Shown here piece by piece: positions 1 through 9,366 of a stretch of DNA of 36,831 nt (the first letter of the stretch is position 1; each line of letters begins with the position of its first letter). Source of the stretch: Promethearchaeota archaeon. GTDB lineage: Archaea; Asgardarchaeota; Hermodarchaeia; Hermodarchaeales; Hermodarchaeaceae. The notes beneath the pieces were generated by a model, which was given only the letters and a program-made list of their open reading frames with translations, was not told the DNA's origin and did not search any database. The stretch spans positions 1 to 36,831 of the forward strand of contig JBHLPR010000021.1 of the NCBI GenBank assembly GCA_048939245.1, in the 5' to 3' direction. A program made the translations under genes and the position numbers.

Positions 1-777
1 ACCTATACTAAGGTCTTTGGTCCAATTCGGGAGTTATTCTCGAAAACTGAAGAAGCACGAAAACGTGGGTATCAGCCGGGTCGATTTAGCTTCAACGTCA
101 AAGGCGGTCGTTGCGAAACTTGTCGTGGTGCTGGAGTTCTCCGAATCGAAATGCAATTTCTACCTGATGTTTATGTCATTTGTGATGAGTGCCATGGCAA
201 GCGCTTCAACAAGGAAACCCTCCAGGTCCGCTACAAAGGAAAGACCATCTACGAAATCTTACGGATGACAGTGGATGAAGCTGCGGAATTCTACAAGAAT
301 ATCCCCAAGATTGCTCGTATCCTTGAAACGCTGCAAGCCGTCGGTTTAGGGTACATGGAGATAGGTCAACCTTCACCAACCCTCAGTGGAGGAGAGGCCC
401 AGCGAATTAAATTAAGCCGTGAACTTGGCAAACGCAGCACAACCCAAACCCTCTATATTCTCGACGAACCCACTACTGGCCTGCACCTTGCGGACGTTCA
501 GAAACTATTAGACGTTCTCAATCATTTGGTTGATGCAGGTAACACTGTCATTGTAATTGAACATCAACCTGATGTGATTAAGGGGGCAGACTACATTATT
601 GATTTGGGACCGGAAGGAGGCGATAAAGGCGGATATGTTGTCGCGCAAGGCACCCCTGAACAAGTAGCCCAAAATAAGAACTCCTATACAGGGTCTGTAC
701 TCCGCGAAGCATTAGGGTCTAAAGCTGAACAGGAATCCCAAAAATCTAATGGACGCGTAAAAATCCTTTCCCGGTAA
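1..777 (+). CDS. uvrA: Excinuclease ABC subunit A, C-terminal part (5'-truncated by the window edge)
   Basis: Frame is open from base 1 ([13 protein letters not shown]...[17 protein letters not shown]). Zn finger continues in [12 protein letters not shown] motifs [22 protein letters not shown] and VIEH, plus the UvrA tail [11 protein letters not shown]. Adjacent to uvrC. Confidence 0.97.
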   Translation, partial: TYTKVFGPIRELFSKTEEARKRGYQPGRFSFNVKGGRCETCRGAGVLRIEMQFLPDVYVICDECHGKRFNKETLQVRYKGKTIYEILRMTVDEAAEFYKNIPKIARILETLQAVGLGYMEIGQPSPTLSGGEAQRIKLSRELGKRSTTQTLYILDEPTTGLHLADVQKLLDVLNHLVDAGNTVIVIEHQPDVIKGADYIIDLGPEGGDKGGYVVAQGTPEQVAQNKNSYTGSVLREALGSKAEQESQKSNGRVKILSR

Positions 778-827
778 AAGCGAACGGTTCTTCAAGCCTG
801 GTTGTTATCTAGTAGGTGATTAGGGCT

Positions 828-2666
828 ATGAATCTTGAACAGGAACTAAAAGATTTACCCGATGCACCTGGGGTCTACATTCTATATGATGCTAATGACG
901 CCGTAATCTACGTCGGGAAAGCCCGATCTCTCAAGAAACGAGTTCCCGCCCATTTTCGTGGCTTAGGAAGTGGCAGCGTCTTTTCACCAATTGGACAAGA
1001 GGTCACTGAACTCGAATACATGGTTACCGCAAACGAATCTGAGGCTTTGGTCCTTGAAGATAATATGATTAAACGATACAAACCCCGTTATAACATCCGA
1101 TTAAAAGATGACAAGAGCTTCCCCTATGTCCGTATCACACTTCAAGAGGCCTTTCCCCGAGTGGAAAAAACCCGAACCTTGATCAACGACGGTAGCCGCT
1201 ACATAGGTCCCTACTCGAACGTGAAAGCATTAGATGGGCTCTTAAAATCAATTAATCGTATCGTACCGATTGCCACCTGTAAACCCGTAATCGTGCCTGG
1301 AAAACGCAAACGCGCCTGCCTGAAATATGATATCGGCTATTGCCCAGCACCTTGTATTAACAAAATCAACAAAGAAGATTATGCCAACCTTGTAAAAGAA
1401 TATACGTTAATGCTAACAGGGCAACTCGATGAATTAGAAGCTCACCTTTCCCAACTTATGACCAAAGCGTCCCAAGACCAAGAATTTGAAAAAGCTGCTC
1501 AATACCGTGATCGACTCCGAGCGGTTAAACGTGGACGCCAAGCCCAACGAGCCACCTATTGGAATCAGTTACCCGGTTACCGCGATGTATTAGGGCTAGC
1601 CCGCGCAGGATCTGATGCCCTTGTCCAGTTGCTTGTTGTCCGTGAAGGACGTGTCATTGGACAGCAACCTTTCCCACTCAGTGCTCCCTCGGAATTAGAT
1701 GATGAAACGGTAATGGAGGCCTTTCTGAAACAATATTATCTCCGGGCAACGGATATCCCTGAGGAGGTCATCATCTCAGTTCCCTTAACCGATACTCAGT
1801 TCCTCGAAGAATGGTTAACAGAACGGCGTGGCATTCAGCATCCTGTGAAAATCGTCTACCCGACAAAAAATCCTCTTATGAGCTTGATACAACTGGCGAA
1901 TGAAAACGCCCAATTCCATCTTCACCAACTCGTTGAACGTATGGCCCGAGACGAAGGACGAAAGCAACAAGCCTATAACGATCTCATGACTGCTCTCAAT
2001 CTTTCTGAAGAACCCACACATATCGAAGGTTTTGATATTTCGACGCTCCAGGGTACCGAATCTGTTGGTGTCTGTGTCGTATTCAAGAATGGACTCCCAT
2101 ACAAGAAAGGTTATCGTCGGTTTAAGATTCGAGACGTTGAAGGCCAAGATGATTTTGCGATGATTCATGAGGTGGTCCACCGCCGCTATCGACGAATCAT
2201 TGTAGAACAGAAAGCATTACCCAATCTCATCATAATTGATGGAGGGCGTGGTCAATTGAATATGGCAAAAAAGGCTTTAGATTCAATCGGAGTCGAAGAG
2301 GTTCCCATTCTAGGAATTGCGAAAGCAGAAAAACCCAATCCTGATGTCATCTATGTTCTGGGGCGGAAGACGCCAATTCAGTTGTCTGGTGACAATCAGG
2401 GTTTACGGTTGTTACAACGGGTACGAGATGAGGCACACCGCTTTGCTATCGCTTATCACCGGAAAATTCGCCAAATCAAAGGACTCAAACTGACCTTAAC
2501 AGACATTCCTGGTGTGGGTGTTAAACGAGCAACACTTCTGCTTCAGCATTTTGGCAATCGAAAGAAGCTCTCTGAAGCATCTGTTAATGAAATCGCTGCT
2601 GTCCCAGGTATCACTAAGCAAGTTGCGAAGAATATTGCCCAATATTTCTCCGAAACCAGTGATTAA
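828..2666 (+). CDS. uvrC: Excinuclease ABC subunit C
   Basis: GIY-YIG domain (PGVY...IYVGKA, KPRYNIRLKDDKSFPY), Cys-rich region, UVR motif (FEKAAQYRD), RNase H-like endonuclease (EGFDIS, IDGGRGQL, RDEAHRFA) and C-terminal HhH pair. ATG 828 preferred over GTG 816 because AGGTGA lies at 814-819. Confidence 0.96.
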   Translation: MNLEQELKDLPDAPGVYILYDANDAVIYVGKARSLKKRVPAHFRGLGSGSVFSPIGQEVTELEYMVTANESEALVLEDNMIKRYKPRYNIRLKDDKSFPYVRITLQEAFPRVEKTRTLINDGSRYIGPYSNVKALDGLLKSINRIVPIATCKPVIVPGKRKRACLKYDIGYCPAPCINKINKEDYANLVKEYTLMLTGQLDELEAHLSQLMTKASQDQEFEKAAQYRDRLRAVKRGRQAQRATYWNQLPGYRDVLGLARAGSDALVQLLVVREGRVIGQQPFPLSAPSELDDETVMEAFLKQYYLRATDIPEEVIISVPLTDTQFLEEWLTERRGIQHPVKIVYPTKNPLMSLIQLANENAQFHLHQLVERMARDEGRKQQAYNDLMTALNLSEEPTHIEGFDISTLQGTESVGVCVVFKNGLPYKKGYRRFKIRDVEGQDDFAMIHEVVHRRYRRIIVEQKALPNLIIIDGGRGQLNMAKKALDSIGVEEVPILGIAKAEKPNPDVIYVLGRKTPIQLSGDNQGLRLLQRVRDEAHRFAIAYHRKIRQIKGLKLTLTDIPGVGVKRATLLLQHFGNRKKLSEASVNEIAAVPGITKQVAKNIAQYFSETSD

Positions 2667-2671
2667 TGGTC

Positions 2672-3391
2672 TTAGAAGATGAATACGACAAAGCTGAGCG
2701 AGAGTAGGAATAAAGCAAGATAGTAAGTTGGAAAGATGAACAGCTCAGCTTTCTTGAAATGGTGGTGGAATTCTTTAATGAATAGAACAAGATCTGAGAT
2801 GACAAAGAAGAAGGCACCTAATACTGGAATAAACCCGAGTAGAGTTCCTGAAGTAAGCCATAGCATAAATGCGCTGCAAAACGTAAGGGAAACAGTAAGT
2901 GAATAGACGAAGATGGGAATCTTCATATTCTTAAAACCATTTTCTGAGGATTCGATGTAGTGTGTATTAAAAATAATTATCAGTAGCCACCCGATAAATG
3001 CGCTTATAAACGCGGTTATGGGTAGGAAGGAAACGCCCATCAGTATGCTCTGCCAAGTAAAATTGGAAATCAATAGAATTTGAGCGATAAGAAAGAATAT
3101 GCCACCGATGAGGATTTTAATTTCCATTCCAATATCGCCGAGGAGGCAGAAGATGAATGCAACGGCTAATAAAATGTAAAACAAGCTGATCGTAGGTCGG
3201 AAGAGTATCACCATAATTGCTGCAGTAAGTGCAGGGATGAATTTGATTACCATGAAAGCGGGTGTTGGTAATTTTGATAACCATTCCTTTTGAAAGATTA
3301 TCTCGTTTTCACGAACGGATTTAATAACCGTTGACACGAGCGCAGTAATCCAAAAAATCAGGGAATAAGGTATGAGGTATAGCATGTTCAA
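2672..3391 (-). CDS. YhhN/TMEM86-family (lysoplasmalogenase-like) membrane protein
   Basis: About 7-8 hydrophobic helices with family-type motifs CLLGDI, GAFFFVISDLVL and TYYLA. Confidence 0.75.
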   Translation of the reverse strand: MNMLYLIPYSLIFWITALVSTVIKSVRENEIIFQKEWLSKLPTPAFMVIKFIPALTAAIMVILFRPTISLFYILLAVAFIFCLLGDIGMEIKILIGGIFFLIAQILLISNFTWQSILMGVSFLPITAFISAFIGWLLIIIFNTHYIESSENGFKNMKIPIFVYSLTVSLTFCSAFMLWLTSGTLLGFIPVLGAFFFVISDLVLFIKEFHHHFKKAELFIFPTYYLALFLLSLSFVVFIF

Positions 3392-3437
3392 TGTTTACTG
3401 TGTTATAAGCTTAAGAGTGTTAGAGTTTATTGTGTTA

Positions 3438-3956
3438 TTACGTTTTGCGGTTCTTTTTGAGAAGAGAAATTGCGCCTCCAGCATCGAGGTAATCGATGAG
3501 AAATGAGGGAATTTTGGTCGTTTTAAAGCGTTTTTGTGTTCGGTGGTTCAATAAAGTTCCCTCATTTAAGTTGATTTCAATGAAATCGCCTTCTTGAATC
3601 TCTTCCGGACTTTTCGCAAGTTCGGGGAATTCGATTGCGGGGAGACCCAAGTTAAAGGCGTTTCGAAAGAATATTCGGGCAAAGGATGGTGCTACTATGG
3701 CTCCGATGCCTAAATGAAGAAGAGTTGCAGGCGCTTCTTCACGACTGGAACCGATGCCAAAATGTTCATCTGCAACAATAATGTCGCTGGGCTGCACTTT
3801 CTCAGCGAATTCTGGTCGAAGATGTTCAAAAACATAGGGTGTAAGTTCCGTTGTGGAGATGCGACCAAGACGGACACCAGAAATAATATCATCGGTGCTA
3901 ATATTACTCCCAAATCGCCATACTTTCCCGCTGATTATTGATTTCCGTTTTGGCAT
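3438..3956 (-). CDS. leuD: 3-isopropylmalate dehydratase/homoaconitase small subunit (LeuD/HacB type)
   Basis: GKVWRFGSNISTDDII, FGIGSSREEA, SFARIFFRNAFNLGL. In operon with the large subunit. Substrate is uncertain. Confidence 0.9.
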   Translation of the reverse strand: MPKRKSIISGKVWRFGSNISTDDIISGVRLGRISTTELTPYVFEHLRPEFAEKVQPSDIIVADEHFGIGSSREEAPATLLHLGIGAIVAPSFARIFFRNAFNLGLPAIEFPELAKSPEEIQEGDFIEINLNEGTLLNHRTQKRFKTTKIPSFLIDYLDAGGAISLLKKNRKT

Positions 3957-3961
3957 AAAGG

Positions 3962-5224
3962 CTAGTTTCCTCCACGGGGATCAGTAATTTGTCCTGCAAT
4001 AGCACTTGCCGCTACCGTTGCTGGTGATGCAAGATAGATTTGGGCTTTGGGACTGCCCATGCGACCAGGAAAATTCCGGTTTGTTGTACTGATACATACT
4101 TCATCTGGAGCAAGTAAGCCAAAATGGCCACCAAAACATGCCCCACATGTCGCTGGTCCGATTGTTGCTCCCGCTTTCACGAGTGTGCTAATTATTCCGT
4201 TTTTAAGAGCGATCTGATAAATTTTCCGACTTGCAGGGTTTACGATGAATCGAACCCCATCAGCCACCTGTTTTCCAGACATTATTTGAGCTGCAACCCG
4301 AAGGTCTTCTAATCGTCCATTAGTACACGATCCGAGATAGGCTTGATCAATGGGTTGTCCTGCCACCTCTGAAACAGGAACCGCTTGGGTCGGTAATGAT
4401 GGGGTTGCGACCTGTGGGGTAAGTGTAGAAATATCTAATTCAAGGGTTTGGTGATAATTGGCTGTCTCATCAGGATAAACAGGTGTGAATTTGTGTTGAC
4501 TTTGGTTTTTGATATAGTCGATGCTACGTTTATTTGGGGGAATTAACGCCGCCATGGCTCCTACTTCTACGGCCATATTGGTGAGGGTCATCCAGGCGTC
4601 TAAGCTTAATTTTGACAATGTTTTTCCATGGTATTCGATTGCTTGAAATGCTGCTCCCTCCACGCCGAGTTGCCCGAGAGTATGAAGGATGATGTCTTTT
4701 CCCATTATCATGGGAGGAATATTGCCAGAATATGTAATTTTTAGGGTGTCAGGGACACGGAACCATAATTGCCCGGTCGCGAGGACAATTGCCATATCGG
4801 TTGCTCCTATTCCTGTTGCTAAGGCTCCAAAGGCACCTGCTGTAGTTGTGTGCGAGTCGGTGCCGACTACTAATTCACCGGGTCGGATGTGTCCCTCTTC
4901 GACAAGAACTTGATGGCATATTCCTTGGCCCACATCATAGAAGTGTTCAATTTGATATTTTTTTACGAATTCACGGACCTGCTGGTGGATGGTAGCAATT
5001 TCGATCGTAGGCGCTGGGGCCCAATGATCTAAAATCATTACGACTCGGCTGGGATCCCAAACTTTGCTAACATCGGCTTGGTCTAAAAGTGGGAGAATGC
5101 GGCTTCCCATCATCTCATGAGACATTGCCACATCAATGGACGCTTCAATGATTTCTCCTGGTTCTATCGCTTTCTTATCAGTGTGGTTGAGCAAAATTTT
5201 CTCAGCCATGGTTTTTCCTGTCAT
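3962..5224 (-). CDS. leuC: 3-isopropylmalate dehydratase/homoaconitase large subunit (archaeal LeuC/HacA type)
   Basis: DH, GICHQV, GTDSHTTTAGA, GSCTNGRLEDL, CGACFG, STTNRNFPGRMG and YLASP aconitase-family motifs. Confidence 0.93.
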   Translation of the reverse strand: MTGKTMAEKILLNHTDKKAIEPGEIIEASIDVAMSHEMMGSRILPLLDQADVSKVWDPSRVVMILDHWAPAPTIEIATIHQQVREFVKKYQIEHFYDVGQGICHQVLVEEGHIRPGELVVGTDSHTTTAGAFGALATGIGATDMAIVLATGQLWFRVPDTLKITYSGNIPPMIMGKDIILHTLGQLGVEGAAFQAIEYHGKTLSKLSLDAWMTLTNMAVEVGAMAALIPPNKRSIDYIKNQSQHKFTPVYPDETANYHQTLELDISTLTPQVATPSLPTQAVPVSEVAGQPIDQAYLGSCTNGRLEDLRVAAQIMSGKQVADGVRFIVNPASRKIYQIALKNGIISTLVKAGATIGPATCGACFGGHFGLLAPDEVCISTTNRNFPGRMGSPKAQIYLASPATVAASAIAGQITDPRGGN

Positions 5225-5234
5225 CTGCTTTTCA

Positions 5235-6410
5235 CTACTCCTTTAATTGCTGCTGAATACGCTTCCTAATAGCTGCACCTACTTGCTTTGTCGTGGACGG
5301 TTTCACATCCGCATATGCTCCCACACATAAATCATAGGTGCGAACCTGCTCCTCACCTAACAATTGAATCACTGCATCTTCAATGATTCCTGCCGCCTTC
5401 AAAGCAGCTTGGTCATTATGTTGTTCACCGAGCCAATCGAGTAGCATTCTACCAGCTAGAATCGCTGCAATAGGGTTCGCCCGACGTTTTCCCGCATGTC
5501 GTGGTGCCGAACCATGAATTGGTTCGAACATCGCATGGGACTCTCCAATATTTCCGCCCGCCGCGACTCCCATTCCTCCCTGAATCCCCGCACCCAAGTC
5601 CGAGATAATGTCGCCAAACATATTCGATGTAACAACCACATTGTAAAACTCGGGGCGTCGGAGGCACCACATGGTCCAGGCATCAATATACGCATAATCG
5701 GGTACAATCTTGGGAAACTTGTGGGTCATCTCTTCGAATATACGACGGAAAAGTTGGTCGCCAATTAGAACATTGCTTTTATCAACACAAGTAACGCGTT
5801 TTTTTCGGTCCTTCGGTGCACCTTGTTTCCGCTTCATCGCGAGGTTCATCGCGTATTGAATGACCCGTTCGGATCCTAGTCGTGAGATTGGGCGCATATC
5901 AATTGCCAGTTCTTCGCGCTCATTTTCGCCATAATGCTTCCCAATCCCTGCATACAACCCTTCAGTATTTTCTCGGATAATGACAAAATCGATGTCCTTT
6001 GGTTGTTTATTTACTAAGGGTGTCGGAACACCTGGGTACAATTTCACAGGCCGGATATTCGCATACAGTTCGAGTTCTCGTCGCTGCCCTAATACAACGG
6101 TGGCGCCTGCAAGCTGACCATTGTTCAGGCGCACAGGCTCTCCAGGGGCTTTTTCCCAACCCACTGCCCCTAGCAGAATGGCGTCTGCCTCTTGCTTTGA
6201 AAATACCTCCGCTTCCCCGGACCATTCACAACCCGTCTCTAGAAAATATTTCCCTCCGCACGGAAACTCATGGAAAGCCAGCTCTAGCCCAGTAATTTCA
6301 GCAGAAATCGTTTCTAATGTTTTTACAGCTTCTTGAATAACTTCTGGGCCAATTCCGTCACCAGGTAACACCTGAATCTTGTAGGTCCGCGCCACAGGAA
6401 TCCGTTCCAC
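5235..6410 (-). CDS. Isocitrate/isopropylmalate (beta-decarboxylating) dehydrogenase family protein
   Basis: PGDGIGPEV, LYANIRP, RENTEGLY, VDKSNVL, NMFGDIISD, FEPIHGSAP, ANP. First gene of the operon with LeuC/LeuD. Confidence 0.93.
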   Translation of the reverse strand: MERIPVARTYKIQVLPGDGIGPEVIQEAVKTLETISAEITGLELAFHEFPCGGKYFLETGCEWSGEAEVFSKQEADAILLGAVGWEKAPGEPVRLNNGQLAGATVVLGQRRELELYANIRPVKLYPGVPTPLVNKQPKDIDFVIIRENTEGLYAGIGKHYGENEREELAIDMRPISRLGSERVIQYAMNLAMKRKQGAPKDRKKRVTCVDKSNVLIGDQLFRRIFEEMTHKFPKIVPDYAYIDAWTMWCLRRPEFYNVVVTSNMFGDIISDLGAGIQGGMGVAAGGNIGESHAMFEPIHGSAPRHAGKRRANPIAAILAGRMLLDWLGEQHNDQAALKAAGIIEDAVIQLLGEEQVRTYDLCVGAYADVKPSTTKQVGAAIRKRIQQQLKE

Positions 6411-6523
6411 AATCCTGTTCGCGTTCAGCTATACAAAGTTTCCGACTCGAATAACTCCGAATATTTGAATTAATATCCATTCTTCAACTGAGTACATGAA
6501 CAATTGACCATGATGCGTAAGAA

Positions 6524-7741
6524 TTACTTCAGAGCTTCTTCCACAAACTGAATCAAATCCACCATCTTCAGCTTAGAGCCACTCCTCTCAATCGCTAATT
6601 GAAGGCTAGTTTCGCAGAAGGGGCATGCACTAACTAGGTGAGTTGCTCCGGTGTCTTCGGCTTCTTTAATACGTTCAATGGAGGTGTCTAGAGTCCAATC
6701 GGGAAACTGTGCACGGGCACCACCACCAGCTCCACAACACCAGGCATTTTCTTTGTTACGGGGCATTTCTACAAAATTGTCGCCAAGGAGTGTTCGAAGG
6801 ATTTTTCGGGGAACTTCAAACCATTCAGCTTTCTCCTTTCGATCCTTAATGAGGTGGGCGACGTGGCGTCCGTAGTGGCAGGGATCGTGATAGGTGGCTT
6901 TGATGCCTTTGAGGGGCTTGAGCTTCGCTTTGCCAGCTTCGAGAAGTTCGGCAATGAAGTTCACGCTGTGTTTAACTTCGAAAGGTAAGGGGCCATAATA
7001 TTTGGGCCAGTCCCGTTTCATGGTTCGAAAACAACCTGCACAAGATGAAACGACCACCTTTGCGCCTGAATTCTTGAAGAGCTCGACGTTATGTTTGACG
7101 TAGTCGTTGACCAACTCGGTTTTACCCACCCGAATTAATGGGGAACAGCAGCACCATTCATCCTCTTTCACCGTCATGTCGGCGCCAAGCATATCCATGA
7201 CCCGCATTGTGGAAATTGCGAGTTCTTGTAACCGGTAGGAGGCGGTACATCCAACAAAATAGATGACGTCGGCTTTTTCTTTGAGCTTGAATTCTTTGGG
7301 CACCCAGGCTGTTCGGTTAGCGTGTTCCTCGTTGTAAGGATTCCGCTTGATTTCGGTAGCCTTCGAGTATCCGATTTGCTTATCCAAAGGGCCAACACCG
7401 GCTTTCACAGCCTCCGCTCGCATGGCTTCAATGATATCCACCGTAGGTAGCTCGTTTTCACATTGTTCTTCGCATTGACCGCAGGTGGAACAACGAAAGA
7501 GCATGTCACCGATATCTTTGTCGAGTTTATAGTTCCCATTGAGAATTGCTCGTGCGAGCCATAACTTGGCACCGCCACTGTACGCTTCCCATTCCATGGC
7601 ACTCCATGCGGGGCATCCCACTTCGAAGCCGCCTTTTGGATTAGCTGCGTCTGCAATGGTACAAGCTTTGCAATGAATACACCGCGCGATATCTAGTTCA
7701 AAATCTTTGAGTTCGGTTTTGGATTTTTCAGATTCGGTCAT
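6524..7741 (-). CDS. (Fe-S)-binding protein, GlcF/HdrD-like, with 2x[4Fe-4S] ferredoxin motifs and two CCG domains
   Basis: CIHCKAC...CP, CSTCGQCEEQC, FVGC, WCCCSP, SCAGC, YHDPCHYGR, WCCGAGGG, ACPFC. Confidence 0.9.
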   Translation of the reverse strand: MTESEKSKTELKDFELDIARCIHCKACTIADAANPKGGFEVGCPAWSAMEWEAYSGGAKLWLARAILNGNYKLDKDIGDMLFRCSTCGQCEEQCENELPTVDIIEAMRAEAVKAGVGPLDKQIGYSKATEIKRNPYNEEHANRTAWVPKEFKLKEKADVIYFVGCTASYRLQELAISTMRVMDMLGADMTVKEDEWCCCSPLIRVGKTELVNDYVKHNVELFKNSGAKVVVSSCAGCFRTMKRDWPKYYGPLPFEVKHSVNFIAELLEAGKAKLKPLKGIKATYHDPCHYGRHVAHLIKDRKEKAEWFEVPRKILRTLLGDNFVEMPRNKENAWCCGAGGGARAQFPDWTLDTSIERIKEAEDTGATHLVSACPFCETSLQLAIERSGSKLKMVDLIQFVEEALK

Positions 7742-7849
7742 TATGGTGTTCCTCCGAGTTGGAAGGAGAATTGCTGTGTTCCAGAGACGCTTGCCCCTTT
7801 TACAGTTTGCCTTTTTTCGAAAAATTCACGGTGTTAAAATTGAACTACT

Positions 7850-8530
7850 TCAATCGTTCCCCTCTCTTGTTTTGGCAGAAGCTTCTTGATTTAAAATCGC
7901 TGAAATGATGAAGATGATGAAAATGAACACCATCAAAATGAATCCCGTAAACGAAAGAATTTCACTAACTGAATCAGAAAAAACCACTGAAAAAATAAAC
8001 AAAAGCACTGTAGCGATAAGAGAGGGAATGCCAACAGCAATGAATAGGCCTCCTTGAAAAAAGAGCGATCCCTCTGAGGGATTGATAAATTTAGTGAAAC
8101 GATGATACCGATATCCGAGGGTGAAGCTAATACTTGCGCTAAGGAAAAGAAATGCCACAAGGGGAATTAGCAGCAAAGCTTCCCACCGATATACGCTAAG
8201 AAACTCGGAAAGGCTATCAATACCTATCAACAAAAAAGCCATTATTCCCACAAAAAATGCAACTGATAAACCGATGCCGCAGCCAAAAAACAGGCGTCCC
8301 CAATTACTCTCTTGAGTTAGTAGTTGTTGAATTTGCCTTGGCATTAACAAACCGAACAGACTAACGAAAACCAGGGAAGTCACAGCCATATTAGCTGGCG
8401 CCACTAATGGTTGCGTTGCACCAAGCAGAAAAAGCGCCAAGTAACCTAAACAGAGCAGAACACTCAGGATTCCCAAAAAGCGCAGCCAAAACATCATTCG
8501 CTCCGTCGATTCTTCGAAATGTTCTTGCAT
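7850..8530 (-). CDS. Hypothetical multi-pass membrane protein (about 6 TM)
   Basis: 226-aa ORF with alternating hydrophobic helices. No family recognised. Confidence 0.7.
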   Translation of the reverse strand: MQEHFEESTERMMFWLRFLGILSVLLCLGYLALFLLGATQPLVAPANMAVTSLVFVSLFGLLMPRQIQQLLTQESNWGRLFFGCGIGLSVAFFVGIMAFLLIGIDSLSEFLSVYRWEALLLIPLVAFLFLSASISFTLGYRYHRFTKFINPSEGSLFFQGGLFIAVGIPSLIATVLLFIFSVVFSDSVSEILSFTGFILMVFIFIIFIISAILNQEASAKTREGND

Positions 8531-8724
8531 CTTCTTCTATCAACCCGAAGTTCATTTCGTTCTTTGTTCAAATTATCTTGCCAATTAAGTAGTATTAGAT
8601 AAATTTCTCAGACAAGATAATTATCTGCTATAAGCGACGTATAACAAAATTGGTATAAAAGGAACGCAGAGACCCATGATTATGAAGGAAAGACTGAGTG
8701 GATGGTTTTGCGTACTTGGGTTTT

Positions 8725-9234
8725 CTAATACCAACCGACATGCGTTCCGCATTCATGGCAGTATTGATCAATCCGGTTCAATTCCGCACCGCAGTTGACG
8801 CATTTCTTTTTTTGCCCAGTGGATGAATCACTCGGTGGCTGTTGGTGAATCCAAATGGACTTTCCATCATACACGTGATACGGTCCTAGGGGATGAAACT
8901 TAGTATGGCCAGAAGGTTTGGATGGTATGTGATACGGATTCCAACTCGCCACTAAGGCGCCTGCAACAATAAGGAGGACACCACCAATCAGAAAGATGAA
9001 GATTAGGCTGAGGATGCCAGCGATGATGAGTATGCCTCCCGCAGATCCTCTGTTGCCCTTGGGAATTTCATTATAAGCTATCATTGGCAAGATGATTCCG
9101 ATGAAGAACCAAATGAGTGTGAAGAATAACATAGGAAAATAGAAGACGCCTACTAGGAATTCGAAGAACAGAATGAAGCCATTACATAATATACCAATTA
9201 TTGTCAACACTTTCGCTGAATCTAGGGTTCCCAT
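8725..9234 (-). CDS. Membrane protein with C-terminal zinc ribbon
   Basis: 3-4 N-terminal TM helices, Pro/Ser linker, then CVNC-x10-CHEC. Confidence 0.8.
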   Translation of the reverse strand: MGTLDSAKVLTIIGILCNGFILFFEFLVGVFYFPMLFFTLIWFFIGIILPMIAYNEIPKGNRGSAGGILIIAGILSLIFIFLIGGVLLIVAGALVASWNPYHIPSKPSGHTKFHPLGPYHVYDGKSIWIHQQPPSDSSTGQKKKCVNCGAELNRIDQYCHECGTHVGWY

Positions 9235-9366
9235 TTTCTAACCACTACCTCATTCTGGAATTAGTTCTGAGTAGAGATTCTAAAAACGGATTGAAAAACA
9301 TTTACTGTTCTAGCCTAAAACGGACTCTGATGGATGGCAATGATTCAATCCTTTAGCGATTTTTGC

